A stretch of 58,540 bases of DNA, filler included, from Squatina squatina (Eukaryota), in assembly GCA_031763465.1 (NCBI GenBank). It is 4 parts of 4 records of this genome, joined end to end, with 100 filler letters (N's around TTAATTAATTAA, not from the genome) between each part and the next. Parts side by side here need not be neighbours in the genome. Positions count along the whole stretch, not along the records: positions 30,511 to 45,669 come from JARFOE010000001.1; positions 45,770 to 58,540 come from JARFOE010000230.1; 2 more parts are not named here. One strand, given 5' to 3'. The notes beneath the pieces were generated by a model that was not told where the DNA came from, did no database searches, and was given only the letters and a program-made list of their open reading frames with translations. The position numbers and the translations under genes were made by a program. Shown here piece after piece: positions 35,356 through 48,723 of the stretch (positions are counted from its first letter, which is position 1; each line of letters begins with the position of its first letter).

Positions 35356-38300
35356 TTATGTTAACATAGTCTTGGATTAAATTTTTTAGAACAGAAAAAA
35401 TATTTTTGTTTTTTCACCAATTAACAACACTCACTATTCAGGCCATTGTTGTATTCAAACAAATTAGCAGACAACAGTTATAAAAAAAAATGTGTTCTGC
35501 TAATACATATAAATATCTACATAACTCCTATGGCATTGCTTAAGGTAAGTTGGATTTTGCACTGTTTTGTAACAATAAATGTGATATCAATAAAGTGTGA
35601 CATGAAGTAAGCATGATGACACTTACGGAAAGTGTGCACAATATCCAAGTTTTACAATATAGTCAAGACTGTTGTATTTGTAATATATGGGTGTGTTTGA
35701 TTTTCATGACATTTTCAATTAAGAGATTTTAGAAAATGAGATATTTTCAAAGTACTTTTGCTTTTATTTTCCTTGAATAAAACAAATGCTGCTCATTGCA
35801 CCTCGGCCCCTGAAAACAGGGAGCAGAATGTGATTTTATTTCTGGTTGGGCAGCTAAAAATCGAAATGGCAAACCAACAGTGTTTCATCACCTCATGCTT
35901 GGTGACTTCAATCTATGTTGCTACTCCCCTAGTCCCTTCTCCTTCAAATTCTCCTCCATTCTGTCTCACCAATGAAATCCAGCTCTACTTCTCCACTGCC
36001 ACTCTTGCCTCTGTGCTATCCAACATACTTCACATCATGTTGGGATGACTGAAGAAAACTTCCACTTGCATCCTCATCCCTGATATTTCCTTAGGCAGAA
36101 CCCTAATTGTTTACATCCTTAACCTTCTAATTGACCCTGAACTGAACATCAGTCCCCATACCCTCTCCATCAGAAAGAGTNNNNNNNNNNNNNNNNNNNN
36201 NNNNNNNNNNNNNNNNNNNNNNNNNNNNNNNNNNNNNNNNNNNNNNNNNNNNNNNNNNNNNNNNNNNNNNNNNNNNNNNNCTTTTACTCCTTGTCTGGTG
36301 TGGCCATCCATCCCTGGCTCTCCAGCAGACTAAGGATGGCAAAGCTCAGAAAAAGTTGGGAAAAATGTATTTAAGTATTTATCTGATGCCACCTAATTGT
36401 GCCTTCAGAAATAATCAACAGTAGTGTGCATTTAGATTACTGTTAACAACACTACTAACACCACTCAGAATATGAGAATTCAAACTTCACCTCCAAACCA
36501 TTGTACTCCAGCTCAGAATATATTGTTAGGCCACTGTGCTGAGAGATGGGATTAATCAGGCTCATACTTGTCCTGTCCGAAAGTTGGTGTAAATGTGCAA
36601 CATGGGCTGAGCACATTTTGTTTTGCATACTGTGAACATAGCTGTTGTTAGCATTTGTTTTTATTCTTGCTTTGAAATTAGAGTGAAGATGATGGATATG
36701 CATCGAGAAACAAAGTGGAGCAGCGGCCTGGAGAGTTTAAGTATGTCATATGAGCTAACGCCTCTCTCTTATTGCCTGTGAAAGCTACTGTGGCGCATGT
36801 TATCCCCTTGGTTTGTATACAAGTGAAAAATTAATATTGGATAAATTCTAAAATTAAATTTTTGTGGGGATTTTTATGTTGCTGACTTTGTGCGTGTAAC
36901 AAAATCTGGAAAATGTACATTCACGCAGAATTTTAATTCTGTTTTACGGTATTTACCATTGGGGCCAAAATTTAAATCTGATTATTGTTAAAATAATAAC
37001 GAAACAAAATTCTGAGAAAGCTGAAGTGTCCTACGGCAGATTAAGAATTCAAATTTGAAATATACTGGCTATTCACTGNNNNNNNNNNNNNNNNNNNNNN
37101 NNNNNNNNNNNNNNNNNNNNNNNNNNNNNNNNNNNNNNNNNNNNNNNNNNNNNNNNNNNNNNNNNNNNNNNNNNNNNNGAGGTGAGATGGGATACTTTTG
37201 TAAGGAGTTTGTTGTTATCTTAAATATTGTTTATCTTGGTCATTTCCAACCTTAAATAACCATGTATACTGAAAACATGTGATGGATTTTAGACCTTTGG
37301 TAATGAAAAATTCAATTGTATTATGTTGTATCTTATGGTACAGTTAGAAGAACAATGAATTTTTGCCTACTGAAGCCAGGATTATATGTCACTGTGCCTT
37401 GTCAGGAATTCTATGAATATTCAATGAGAATTTTAATGTACTGTCATCACAAAAGCAATTGGAGTGTAGCTGTATTAAACACATTGTCTTCTCTTTGGCT
37501 GAAATATGTTTCCTTGTCCATGCAATGACCTTACAGTATTAGAAATCTTCAGTGATTTGGTTAGAGCAATTTCAAAGATGCACACAAGTGAATGATGTAA
37601 ATTTGCCTTTGATAATCTGTTAATTTACCTCTTAGCAGTGCAGTGTGTGGAGTAACTTCACTAATATCTTCAGTACAAAGCTAAAGCTTTTAGTCATTTT
37701 TAACAAAGCACACTACGCTATAGTTGTACCAACATAGCTAGGCTTATTCAAAAAGCATAATTAGAATAATACAATGACCGTTAACAAAAACAGCTTTTAA
37801 TGAGGGAAAGTGTGATGGCATAAATCTGGATTGTCTTGAATCTTTTTCACATGGCAATTCTCAAAATACCAGTAAATATAATTTGTGCACACAATGTATG
37901 TACCACCAGAGTTCTTAGTAACTGAATAATTTGATTCATCCTTCTCCATTGTTAACTCAGCAAAGTGTTGCCTTTCACAGATAAGGAAGGTTGTCGAGTC
38001 GAGAGTATGTTTGATTTGCTTGGTGCCAATGGTTTTTCTTTTCATTTAGCAAGGAATTTTTGATTGAAATGAACTAAGCTGTTTAAATCAAGTCGCGAAG
38101 AAACTGCCAAAGCCATGGAGGTAAAATTATCTAATGGAGGGTTGTCTGTTGTGATTATTGTTTTACTTCCTCCATTGACTTGTATGCTGTTTGAGGCACT
38201 TCACCATTAAATGCGAGCTTTCCAAATCTAAAACAGAAAATGCGCTCAGATGCCAGCCGTCTACTTCAATTTGACAGCAAGTACTATTGCAAATTCTACA

Positions 38301-40259
38301 GAAGGGAATTGTTAACTTAAACTTGCTTTATATATTTAGCTTTATCTATTTNNNNNNNNNNNNNNNNNNNNNNNNNNNNNNNNNNNNNNNNNNNNNNNNN
38401 NNNNNNNNNNNNNNNNNNNNNNNNNNNNNNNNNNNNNNNNNNNNNNNNNNNTCTTTCTCTTTCAAGGTCTTGGTCTCTCATCAATTATAATAAATCACAA
38501 TTGGAAACTGAGTAAGTCCTGGGAATTGTCAGCCAGCACACCATTTCCTCGCATGCTGTATTATCCCCTTCTTGCAAGGGATAGCAGATATCTATAGAGT
38601 GTTCTTGGTCTGATAACTGTAGCTGTTATATTACACTGATAAGGAGAAAGGCATGGTGAATATAAATGTAAGAAGGTTATTCAACTTTAAATTTCCAGAG
38701 AACTGCAACAACAAAAACTAGCTACCAGTGTTGAGCCAATCTGAAAATAATTGACCTGCCTTGCAATTGTTTTGTATGTTTTGCTCAATAGCTTGATGGG
38801 AGTCATGTAGAGGTAGTCATGGTGATAATCCTGAGTTTGGCTAATGTAAGCCAGAAGAATGGTGATTGATAATTAAAAATGTGAAGCAAAGATAAGCTTC
38901 CTTAGTTTGTTGCATATCTCTCTGGAGCAGATGTACTTAGTGAGCAGTAAGTTTATATTTACCACATTGCCACTGTGATTTTATTAGGAAAAAACTGAAC
39001 CCACTTGTCAATCTCATAATAACCACAAAGTAACATAATAATGTATCTGAGTAATTGATAAAGATATGTATCAAATTTGCAAATGCTGTAAGTGGTTTTG
39101 TCTGTTACTCTGATTAAATATTCTATTTTCATATCAGCTGCAGTCAAGCTACATCATTGCACACTGGGAGCTAGCAGTTAGTTATCTTGCCATCTTTTTC
39201 TTCAAATTAGTCTGATTTTTCTCTCCTACCAATATTACAAGGCTACTTCTAATCTTCGAGTCACAAGAGAGAGATGGTAGATAATTTGCCCCATGCCCAT
39301 GATCCAACTTTTTGTTGCTTCATTTGCCTTCTGATTTTTCTTTCACTTCTGTGGAAGTGACTGGCCTTGCCCAATGGCAGATGTGGACACGACTCCCATC
39401 ACACAATGGCGCATTGTACTATTCCACTGTGTCGTTAAACCCAGCAGTGTAATGGCCATTGAAGTTTAATCTTTTGATGGTTCTGCCTCTTGACTTCAAT
39501 GATGCATCACCTGAGATGCAGAGATAAAGTTTGTTCAAAAGGCAGTTTACATTGAAATTTGTGTATCAGTGGGTAAATGCACTGTTTGATAAGATACAGA
39601 GACATACTTACAGGAAATATTCCTCTATCCCCTGTGTTGGGAGGAAAAGCTGAACAGGATTTCTTCTCTGTATTCCTGTGTAGTGCCTCCTGCAGGAAAG
39701 TACCTGTATGTGTGCATTGGATGAAAACTGGATTGGGTTCAGTTGTGAGGTTCTTCGTGATCAAAGAGGCTTTTGATTCTCAGTCTAGATTGTGGCATGC
39801 ANNNNNNNNNNNNNNNNNNNNNNNNNNNNNNNNNNNNNNNNNNNNNNNNNNNNNNNNNNNNNNNNNNNNNNNNNNNNNNNNNNNNNNNNNNNNNNNNNNN
39901 NAGGAAGTTGATTCTTGAATTAATTAAGCTTACATATTTTAAATAGGTTTAATTAAATAAGTCATTGATATTTTCTGCCTTTTACTTTGCAGAATATAGT
40001 CTGTGTGGATTTTAGTGTGCATGGATTTTAAATGGGTTCAGTTCTCTGTTAAAGAAATGCATAAGGGATGTGTTAAGGATTCACATCCTAATTTCTATAT
40101 GAGCAGTTCCTTATGCTAGGAACCTTCTGAGTTATAGATTAGATTTTAGCTTTTAATATGAAGGATAAGAAGAGACAGATGAGTGACTGCTGGAAGCAGC
40201 TGTACTTTGACGTGCTTAGTATGTGAGGGTGAGATTTCAGTGAGAAAGGATAGCGTACA

Positions 40260-40942
40260 AGATAGCCAAGAACCATGGAGGGTGTGTACTCCTGCTTGGT
40301 CACTTGTGATGACCCTGATGTGACCTATCCCCGTAATCTGCATGACTTGCTTCTCAATGGGCAGAGGATCAGAATGGATGTTCTGCCTCCTACTGTCCTC
40401 ACTTTCTCTCTATTTTTGTTGATCAGCTTTGCCTGCAAGAAAGAAGGGAGAATGTTTGTGGTCACCTAGTGAGATGGTTTGAGGATCTGCTTGTCAAGGC
40501 CAGAGGTAAAGGGGAAGGCTACAGAGTAGGAGGTACAGAAAGTTGCATTAGGAGGAGTAGGAGGTGGAGAGAAGTGTGCCTCAGTGAATCGAGGAGAATG
40601 CTGGCACTTGGAGGAGGGAAGGGCGGTGAGTGCTAGAACTTCATAAAGTACGGGGTTTTGCAGAGAACGATGCAGGATTGAAGTTAGCAGTCTTACCTTA
40701 GCAACCCTAGTCAAATCATTAAACTTCTTCCTTTAGAGCCAGGTCTGCAGGGCGATGCACCTGGTGTTCACACGTTCTGTCAGCAGCTTGACGTAAGAAG
40801 TAGTTCAAGCTTCGCAGGATATCTTCCTGCTGCTTGGTGGGAAGAGGATGCCCCTCCTCTTGCTGAGCTCCATTGCAGTGTTGGAAAAGCGAGGGGCCCT
40901 TGAAGCATCTGTTTCACCTGCCAACTCCTGAGCTGCATTCAT
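40260..40942 (-). pseudogene. Decayed two-exon Myb/SANT-like (NAIF1/MSANTD-type) gene of a PIF/Harbinger transposon
   Basis: Exon 40942-40697: MNAAQELAGETDASRAPRFSNTAMELSKRRGILFPPSSRKISCEA*...ERVNTRCIALQTWL*RKKFNDLTRVAK|gtaag. 264-nt intron ends ctttcttgcag. Exon from 40432: AKLINKNREKVRTVGG... with a frameshift. Possible TIR aatttctacccc near 41152. Confidence 0.8.
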
Positions 40943-42356
40943 TTGGCTTGCAGCCAAAGTGCACCCACCCTTTAAGAGGTGCAGGTAGATTTAAGCGATT
41001 AGGTGAGCTATCAATCAACAGCAGGACTAATGCTGGCAGTCCATTTATGTAGTTGAATTGAGGATCACAGACCAATTTAACAATCTTCTCCAATCTACGT
41101 GATTAGGTATGTGTTTCTCAGCTCGAAACGGGCCGACATCAATTTCTACCCCATTATATTTAAAATGGTCAAAATTCTTAAATTTAAAATTTACAAAATA
41201 AAGTCAAGACTCGCATTCCTGCTGCCTTGCCAAGGTTGCTATTTTCAGTGCGGGTTGGATGAAGGGAGGACAGCTGCTCATTTCCACTTAGCTCCAGATT
41301 GGCCTGAATCCACAGCTGCCCACAGGACAAAGAAAAACTACTTCAGTGATCCTGCCAGTCTAGCTGATCTAGAAAGGTACTGGGTTGGAAATGTGTTGTA
41401 CCAAATCTTATCAAAATTTATCTTAAAAAATGTTGCAGTATATTTTGCATGTTTNNNNNNNNNNNNNNNNNNNNNNNNNNNNNNNNNNNNNNNNNNNNNN
41501 NNNNNNNNNNNNNNNNNNNNNNNNNNNNNNNNNNNNNNNNNNNNNNNNNNNNNNTGTCACTAACAAATGCTACAACCTGCAGTTATACTCATCCTAGATA
41601 GCTATTGTAAAATGTTTTAAACCAACAAATGGAAAAATAAGTAAGTAACTTTTATAGGATTTTCTTCCTGAATAAAAGAACGCTTTGTAGGGTGAAGGCA
41701 AAACACTTCAGGTTGCTGTATGAGCCACAGAACTGCCTCTCAGTTAATATGTAGCATGTAAAGCAGTACAACTTGCACTTAAATTGAGATAAAGTGCCAC
41801 CTTTATACTGTGGGGGTTGGGGGGAATATTGAATAGAAATTCATGCTTTCTACACTTCAGGCTTTGAATGTCAAATTTGCTATTTTAATATCATGAATTG
41901 TGATCAGATAACTCTCATTCTCTTTATTTTTACAAGAAACCATACTGTAGAATAGGAACTTTAAAAGGGCAGTATGCAGCTTGAGGGTCATTTCAGGTTG
42001 ATAAGCTTGTTTGCATTAAAGCTTCGTTTACACAAAATGTGAATAGCAGTGCACACTTGTTTTACACTTTATTAATAATACGTTGTCTATTAATTATGTT
42101 TAGAAAAAGCATTATGGCTCTCGCTGGGTTCCAACAGATGAAGCAATGAAGATTTTTTTACACAAAAATGACTACAGTATGCACAGTGGGTCCTTTTCAT
42201 TGCTTTTATGAACTTTCTACCCTGTAGTGCAAAGCCAACGCAAGCAAAAAAAACTGTTACGTCAATAATTGTGTCTCAGTGAAATTCATTCTGCAAACTT
42301 GATGACTGTTAATCCTGAGTAATAGTGCTTATAGAATAACTAAACTAATTAGACTA

Positions 42357-42397
42357 AAGCTCGAGGAACAGCACCTCATCTTTCGATTAGGCACTTT
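42357..42397 (+). mobile_element. Penelope-like element GIY-YIG C-terminal fragment
   Basis: aagctcgaggaacagcacctcatctttcgattaggcacttt = KLEEQHLIFRLGT(L); cut by a gap. Confidence 0.7.
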
Positions 42398-43217
42398 NNN
42401 NNNNNNNNNNNNNNNNNNNNNNNNNNNNNNNNNNNNNNNNNNNNNNNNNNNNNNNNNNNNNNNNNNNNNNNNNNNNNNNNNNNNNNNNNNNNNNNNNCTG
42501 GGAGCGAGAGGTCCAGGGCCAGCATTAAAAAAAACCGCCAGGGAATTTCTCCCCCTAAATATGCTTATGGAACATGTCTGTATGTTTGTAAAGTGCTGCT
42601 GTGTAGGTAATCGCAGCAAGTGCGCAGATATCCCCTGATTTTCCCTCCCTCTTCTGTGGGAATGGTCTCCTCCTAACCACTTTTTGGTGCCACAGTTCAG
42701 GTTAGGAACTCGCTCTGTAGAGAAATTTCAGCTTGTCCTACCACTCCATTGTGTACCAAAGTGCAGGGCCACTCTGCTATGCTGTTTAAAACAGAAATAC
42801 TTTGTTAGTTACTCAGTTTAAGTGGAACTTTGGAAGCAATTTGCATTTGATAATTCTGCATGGCCACAGAGTGTAACTGCTCACTATTCTTTTTGGCTCC
42901 AATAATGTTTTATGACTTTTAACTACATCTCCAGTATTTACTCGACCCAGTGAACATAATTAACCATAATAACAGGTTGAGCGTTCCTTAACCTGTGGCT
43001 TGGATAGTTATCCCTTTCTGCTGAAGTAGTCTAATCTGTTTGAACTGAAAAGTGCAGATATGTTCACGAAAGGTTCAGAATCCCTAAAAGAGCATTCCTC
43101 TTCTCTATATGTAGGTCTGCGAGGCTTTTCTTGTACTTCGATAAGCAGTCTGCCCAAGAAAATTTGGAGTATAATTTGAATAACAGCTGGAAATGAATTT
43201 AAGTACTCGCATCGTAA

Positions 43218-43394
<177 letters not shown>

Positions 43395-44891
43395 NNNNNN
43401 NNNNNNNNNNNNNNNNNNNNNNNNNNNNNNNNNNNNNNNNNNNNNNNNNNNNNNNNNNNNNNNNNNNNNNNNNNNNNNNNNNNNNNNNNNNNNNCCGTAA
43501 AAATGGCGACATGTATGCACGCAGCAAGCTGAGGTCACATTCCCTGCCGATAGTGAGGCGGTTAATATCAAGGCCAATGTTTTTGATAATTTTGTAACAC
43601 TGCATGACAACACAAAAGGATAGAGTCTATTAATGGATTCTAGAGATTTGATTTTCTTTACTGAATTTGAACCCAAGTTCTCAGTTCCCGTATCAATTAT
43701 GCTTACTGTTAGTGATTTTGATTCAGGGTAAACACAGCTTAAATTGGCTTCCTGTTAATTGAATCTGAATTAAACAGATCGCTATTTGGTGACATGGCAG
43801 TTGTGTCATTTAATATTTCAGATCACTTGGGGATTTTCTAGAGCATTACATTTAAAAATGAGTTATGGGTTTACATTATAAAACAAATGGCAGCTGTTTA
43901 AAGGATCTTGAAATGATCAATATGCTCTGCACTGGAGAAGGGAAACTGTGACTGTGAGACGGCAGTGAGTTATCATTTGGCTGGAGACCACGTGGATTGC
44001 TTTGGCGCCTGCTATATTTATATGGTGCATATGATGGGGGACTGATTGATCTTTTAGAAGAATTGCCAATGTCAAGCTGCCTTTACTTGTCACCCATCTT
44101 TTGTATCCTTTGGCGTATCTGTCAGATTTGGAGAACATATTCAGAAAGGAGTTGTATGCTTTTAAGAATATTGATGAGAAAGCTGTGATGAATTGAGGAA
44201 AAGCCCCTCTCTCTGTCACTGTACTCTAACTTCCTGAGATTTTTGATATTTCTTTGAGCTGGTGTTTTGGAGGTACTACTGTTCAGTAGTCTGAGTCTCA
44301 AAAGGATGGACTTTCTGTCAAAGTGCTGTCAGCGGGTATCTCTTACACGTACCCTCGGTGGTTAGTTGTGCTTCCTTTAAGTAAAATTACTTAACGAAAT
44401 GTGAATGGAATAAGTTTTTCTGTCAAGCGTTGCTGGNNNNNNNNNNNNNNNNNNNNNNNNNNNNNNNNNNNNNNNNNNNNNNNNNNNNNNNNNNNNNNNN
44501 NNNNNNNNNNNNNNNNNNNNNNNNNNNNNNNNNNNNCCCGAAGGATCCTTCAACGGCCCGATACAGTCCTTAATGGTGCCCTGACTCCATAATGTAGTTG
44601 AAAAAGATATTGCCAATATTATCACTGTGCTTCAATTGTTCTTCAATGTCATTTCGGTTGCTCTGATAGCAACTTTTGTCTTTAGCTGCGATGGATACCG
44701 ATTCTTATCCTCCTGCAAAATATTTCTGTAAAAGTATTTTGTGAGGACATATTGTCATGTGCGGTGATGTGAAAGGGACATGACCTGGTTTTACCACAGA
44801 AGGCAGAAATAACTATTTACAGTATTTATTTATGGCAGTAGTTGTTTGTCTTGTATTTAATTTATAAGACATTTGTGTAAAATGATAGTAA

Positions 44892-45263
<372 letters not shown>

Positions 45264-45669
45264 TGAGCAGTAGAATAATCAATTTGAAAAAAACCCTGCA
45301 ATTTAGAAATCTGTACCAAGTTTATTTTAATACAGTGGGCTGGGCTTTCTTCCGGTATCCCGGCAGAAAAGGGGGCAAAGTCGGGCAGTTTGTTCCTGCC
45401 AGAGCTCCATTTCCCTCCCCTTATTGCTGGGTTCCCCTTCCCCATCCAACACATGTAACTGTTTCGGGGCTGGGCGGGAGGCAGATTCCCTGCTGTTTTT
45501 GTTGTTTTCTGCCCCCCCCCCCCTTCTTACCGCCAATCTCTGCAACGGCCTGGCGAATAAAGGCGGTGGTGCGCCCTGGGTGTTGACGGTAAGGTTTCAA
45601 AATTCTTTTCGTGGTTGGAGGGGACCTAACAGAGGCATTCACTCCCTCCATTTTGGCCCCAGTGCTCAG

Positions 45670-45769
45670 NNNNNNNNNNNNNNNNNNNNNNNNNNNNNNN
45701 NNNNNNNNNNNNNTTAATTAATTAANNNNNNNNNNNNNNNNNNNNNNNNNNNNNNNNNNNNNNNNNNNN
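45670..45769. other. Artificial scaffold-joining linker
   Basis: TTAATTAATTAA at 45714-45725 with 44 N on each side. Confidence 0.97.
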
Positions 45770-46723
45770 TTACGGATACTGACAGCATCCTGCAGTAACC
45801 TGACTCAGGCCCTAACCACTGCTCATGAGCCGCTGCATTCACTGCTTGACAGAAGGATGTAATTACATCATTCCGCACAAGCCAGCAGTCGTGTTGCAGC
45901 TGCTTTGAATGACTTGCCCTCTGAACCCGATGTTACTGGAAGTACATGATGCTGCTAACAATAGGCAGCACTTGTTGGCCAACATACTTCGTGAGTAGGT
46001 CTTCCCAAGGGGCAGCAACTACTTGTCACCAGAATGGCATAATGGCCGAGACCTCAACAGGTGAGTACTTTCCCTTCAGATTCCTCAACCCTAATTAATT
46101 AACAGAGAAGGAATGTCGAGAGAGAAAATAATTCTTATGTACTTCTTATTAGAGTTTTTTTTTAAATCACAGAATATTTTTCAATGTTCAATAGAGTAGC
46201 ACAGTACTTTGAATAAAAAGTATTTTTCACATAGCAAATTTATTCCAGCACCCTCCTACCTGGACCTTCCTCCTATTCCTACACCTTCCCACCATCCCTT
46301 CCCTCCCTCCTATACCAGAACCTTACTCCCATTCCTGCACCTTACTGCTAGTCCTGCACCCTGCTCCTACCCTTGCACCTCCCCTCCTATCTCCTCACCA
46401 TTCTTTATACCCGCACTTGTTTTTCCTGTTCTTCCACCTGTTGCAAGGTGGCAGAATGCTACCCTTTTACCAGCTCCCATCAAGACACGCTAAGGGGTGC
46501 TTGGGCTGCTATTCCAGCCATGACTCAGCTGTGGAAAGGTATCAGTGCACTACATGAGAAGCTCACAGCAATGACAAATCTCACCTTTTGGTGGCTGTTA
46601 TTTGTTTCCGCACTCACCAATACTCATCTGCAGCTTTTGTTTTATTAATTGATGCTCTGTGCACCTGAAAATCTTCCTGAAAGGTTTTTATGGGGCTTCC
46701 ACTGTGCATAGCCATTTTGGATG

Positions 46724-47290
46724 AACAACAACTTGTATTTATATAGCGCCTTTAATGTAGTGAAATGCCCCAAGGTGCTTCACAGGAGTGTTGTAAGACA
46801 CAAAATTTGACACCGAGCCACATAAGGAGAAATGAGGGCAGATGACCAAAAGCTTGGTCAAAGAGTTAGGTTTTAAGGAGTGTCTTAAAGGAAGAAAGAG
46901 AAATAGAGAGGCAGAGAGATTTAGGCAGGGAATTTCAGAGCTTTGGACCTAGACAGCTGAAGGCATAGCCACCAATGGTTGAGTGATTATAATCAGAGAT
47001 GCTCAAGAGGGCAGAATTACAGGAGCATCGATATCTCTGGGGGTGGGGTTTGGGGTTGTGGGGCTGGAGGAGATTAGAGGTAGGGAGGGACGAGGCCATG
47101 GAAGGATTTGAAAACATGAGAAGTTTGAAATCGAGGCATTATTTAACCGGGAGCCAATGTTGGGGTGATGATGGGTGAACAGGACTTGGTGCGAGTTAGG
47201 GCACGGGCAGCTGAGTTTTGGATGACCTCAAGTTTATAATGGGTAGAATGTAGGAGGCCAGCCAGGAGTGCGTTGGAATAGTCAAGTCTA
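46724..47290 (-). mobile_element. L2-clade LINE 3' end
   Basis: RLDYSNALLAGL...KLEVIQNSAARALTRTK on the minus strand; ends ...aaaggcgctatataaatacaagttgttgtt. Confidence 0.88.
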
Positions 47291-48709
47291 NNNNNNNNNN
47301 NNNNNNNNNNNNNNNNNNNNNNNNNNNNNNNNNNNNNNNNNNNNNNNNNNNNNNNNNNNNNNNNNNNNNNNNNNNNNNNNNNNNNNNNNNAAACGTTGAC
47401 TCTGTTTTTCTCTCCACAGATGCTGCCTGACCTGCTGAGTTTTTCCAGCATTTTTTGTTTGTATTCTGGATTCCAGCATCCGCAGTGTTGCGCTTCTATA
47501 TATTTCTTGGAACTGGCTTCAATAATAAAAATCGGGCTTGCATCACTGAGGTGATAAGACAAAATGTGTCGAAGCATAGCATCACAAGATTAAACTCCTT
47601 GCTTCCAGCAAGGGCAAGGAATTGAAAACCAAGTGGTTCTATGCACGGACGGAGGATTTTGCTACAGATATTCAATCTTAAGTCCTTTGAACATATTTCA
47701 CATATAGCTCAACAAAAGAAGTAAATTACCCAAAAGCTACTCTTCAAAGGTGCTGGTCACTCAATTTAAGGTTAGTTTTATAGAATGCATTCTTGAAAAT
47801 AAACTACTAAATGGCCTGTGCACTCTCTCTGTGTATCTGTGTGCCGGACTGTGTATAGCAGCTCTCAGCCACTATTACAATGGTACAGACAAGGCTGATT
47901 CAGCAACATGGCCTGGGTTGGAATAAAATTTTATTTTTGTTTGTTTATTTTAGGAACGAGAAGCATCCTACTGGAATGCATTTTGGAGTAGGATTGGAAA
48001 CTATAAGGAAAGTATTTTTCAAGATGCATTATGAAATGGCAGATGTGTATTTTGAATACTTAAAAAGGGTCGGTTCTCAATAGGACTGACAGGCTCCCCA
48101 CTTTAGATCTGGTTATACTTGATGTAAACAGATGTTGAGAACTGCAAGAAGAAAAAGAAAAACCTATTCATTCTGATATAAAACCACTTCAAGCTGTTTG
48201 GCAAACTTTCTAAATGGTTTTCATTTCCTGACTTGGCTCAGACTCGTGTACCTCTGACTTGCACTGCACCTCAGTGCACTCTGGACAATTCATTTCATAC
48301 TGCAGTGAATTGGCAATGCATGACTCAATCCAAAAGCACAACCTGCCCTCACTCAGCCTCTCCATTCTGACACCATGAAGAATGTATGCAAAACTTGCCA
48401 TTGCTTAGTGCAAAGGGAAAACAAGAGTTCCTGGCATTGAAATCAGACTCAGTAAATGCTGAAAGCACAAATTTCGATTGATATGCTACCCAGATATTCC
48501 GGTGCGATTTCCTTTAGGCCTCACTCACTTCTTGACACAAGTTGTAGAGTTGAACAATTTGTCCATTTTTTTTAAAATTATGACCGAATTTCTAATTAGA
48601 CTTAAGTTTTTGAAGAAAGCCAATAATCTTACTTCATTGTCTAAACAAAGCAGGTTAGACCGGTAGTGGCTTAAAACGTTTTGTTTCATTTAAACCTTCT
48701 GATGTGAAA

Positions 48710-48723
48710 GCGCCACCTGTTGG
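48710..48723 (-). promoter_or_regulatory. Candidate CTCF site
   Basis: Minus strand CCAACAGGTGGCGC matches 13/14 of the core consensus CCASYAGRKGGCRS. Motif match only. Confidence 0.4.

Noticed and set aside
38050-38120. Possible CTBP1 start exon ending gccATGGAG|GTAAAA
   Set aside because: Phase 0, incompatible with the phase-1 exon at 43255; the donor abuts MITE-like sequence.
46209-46493. Proline-rich ORF
   Set aside because: Arises from a pyrimidine-rich low-complexity tract; no homology recognised.
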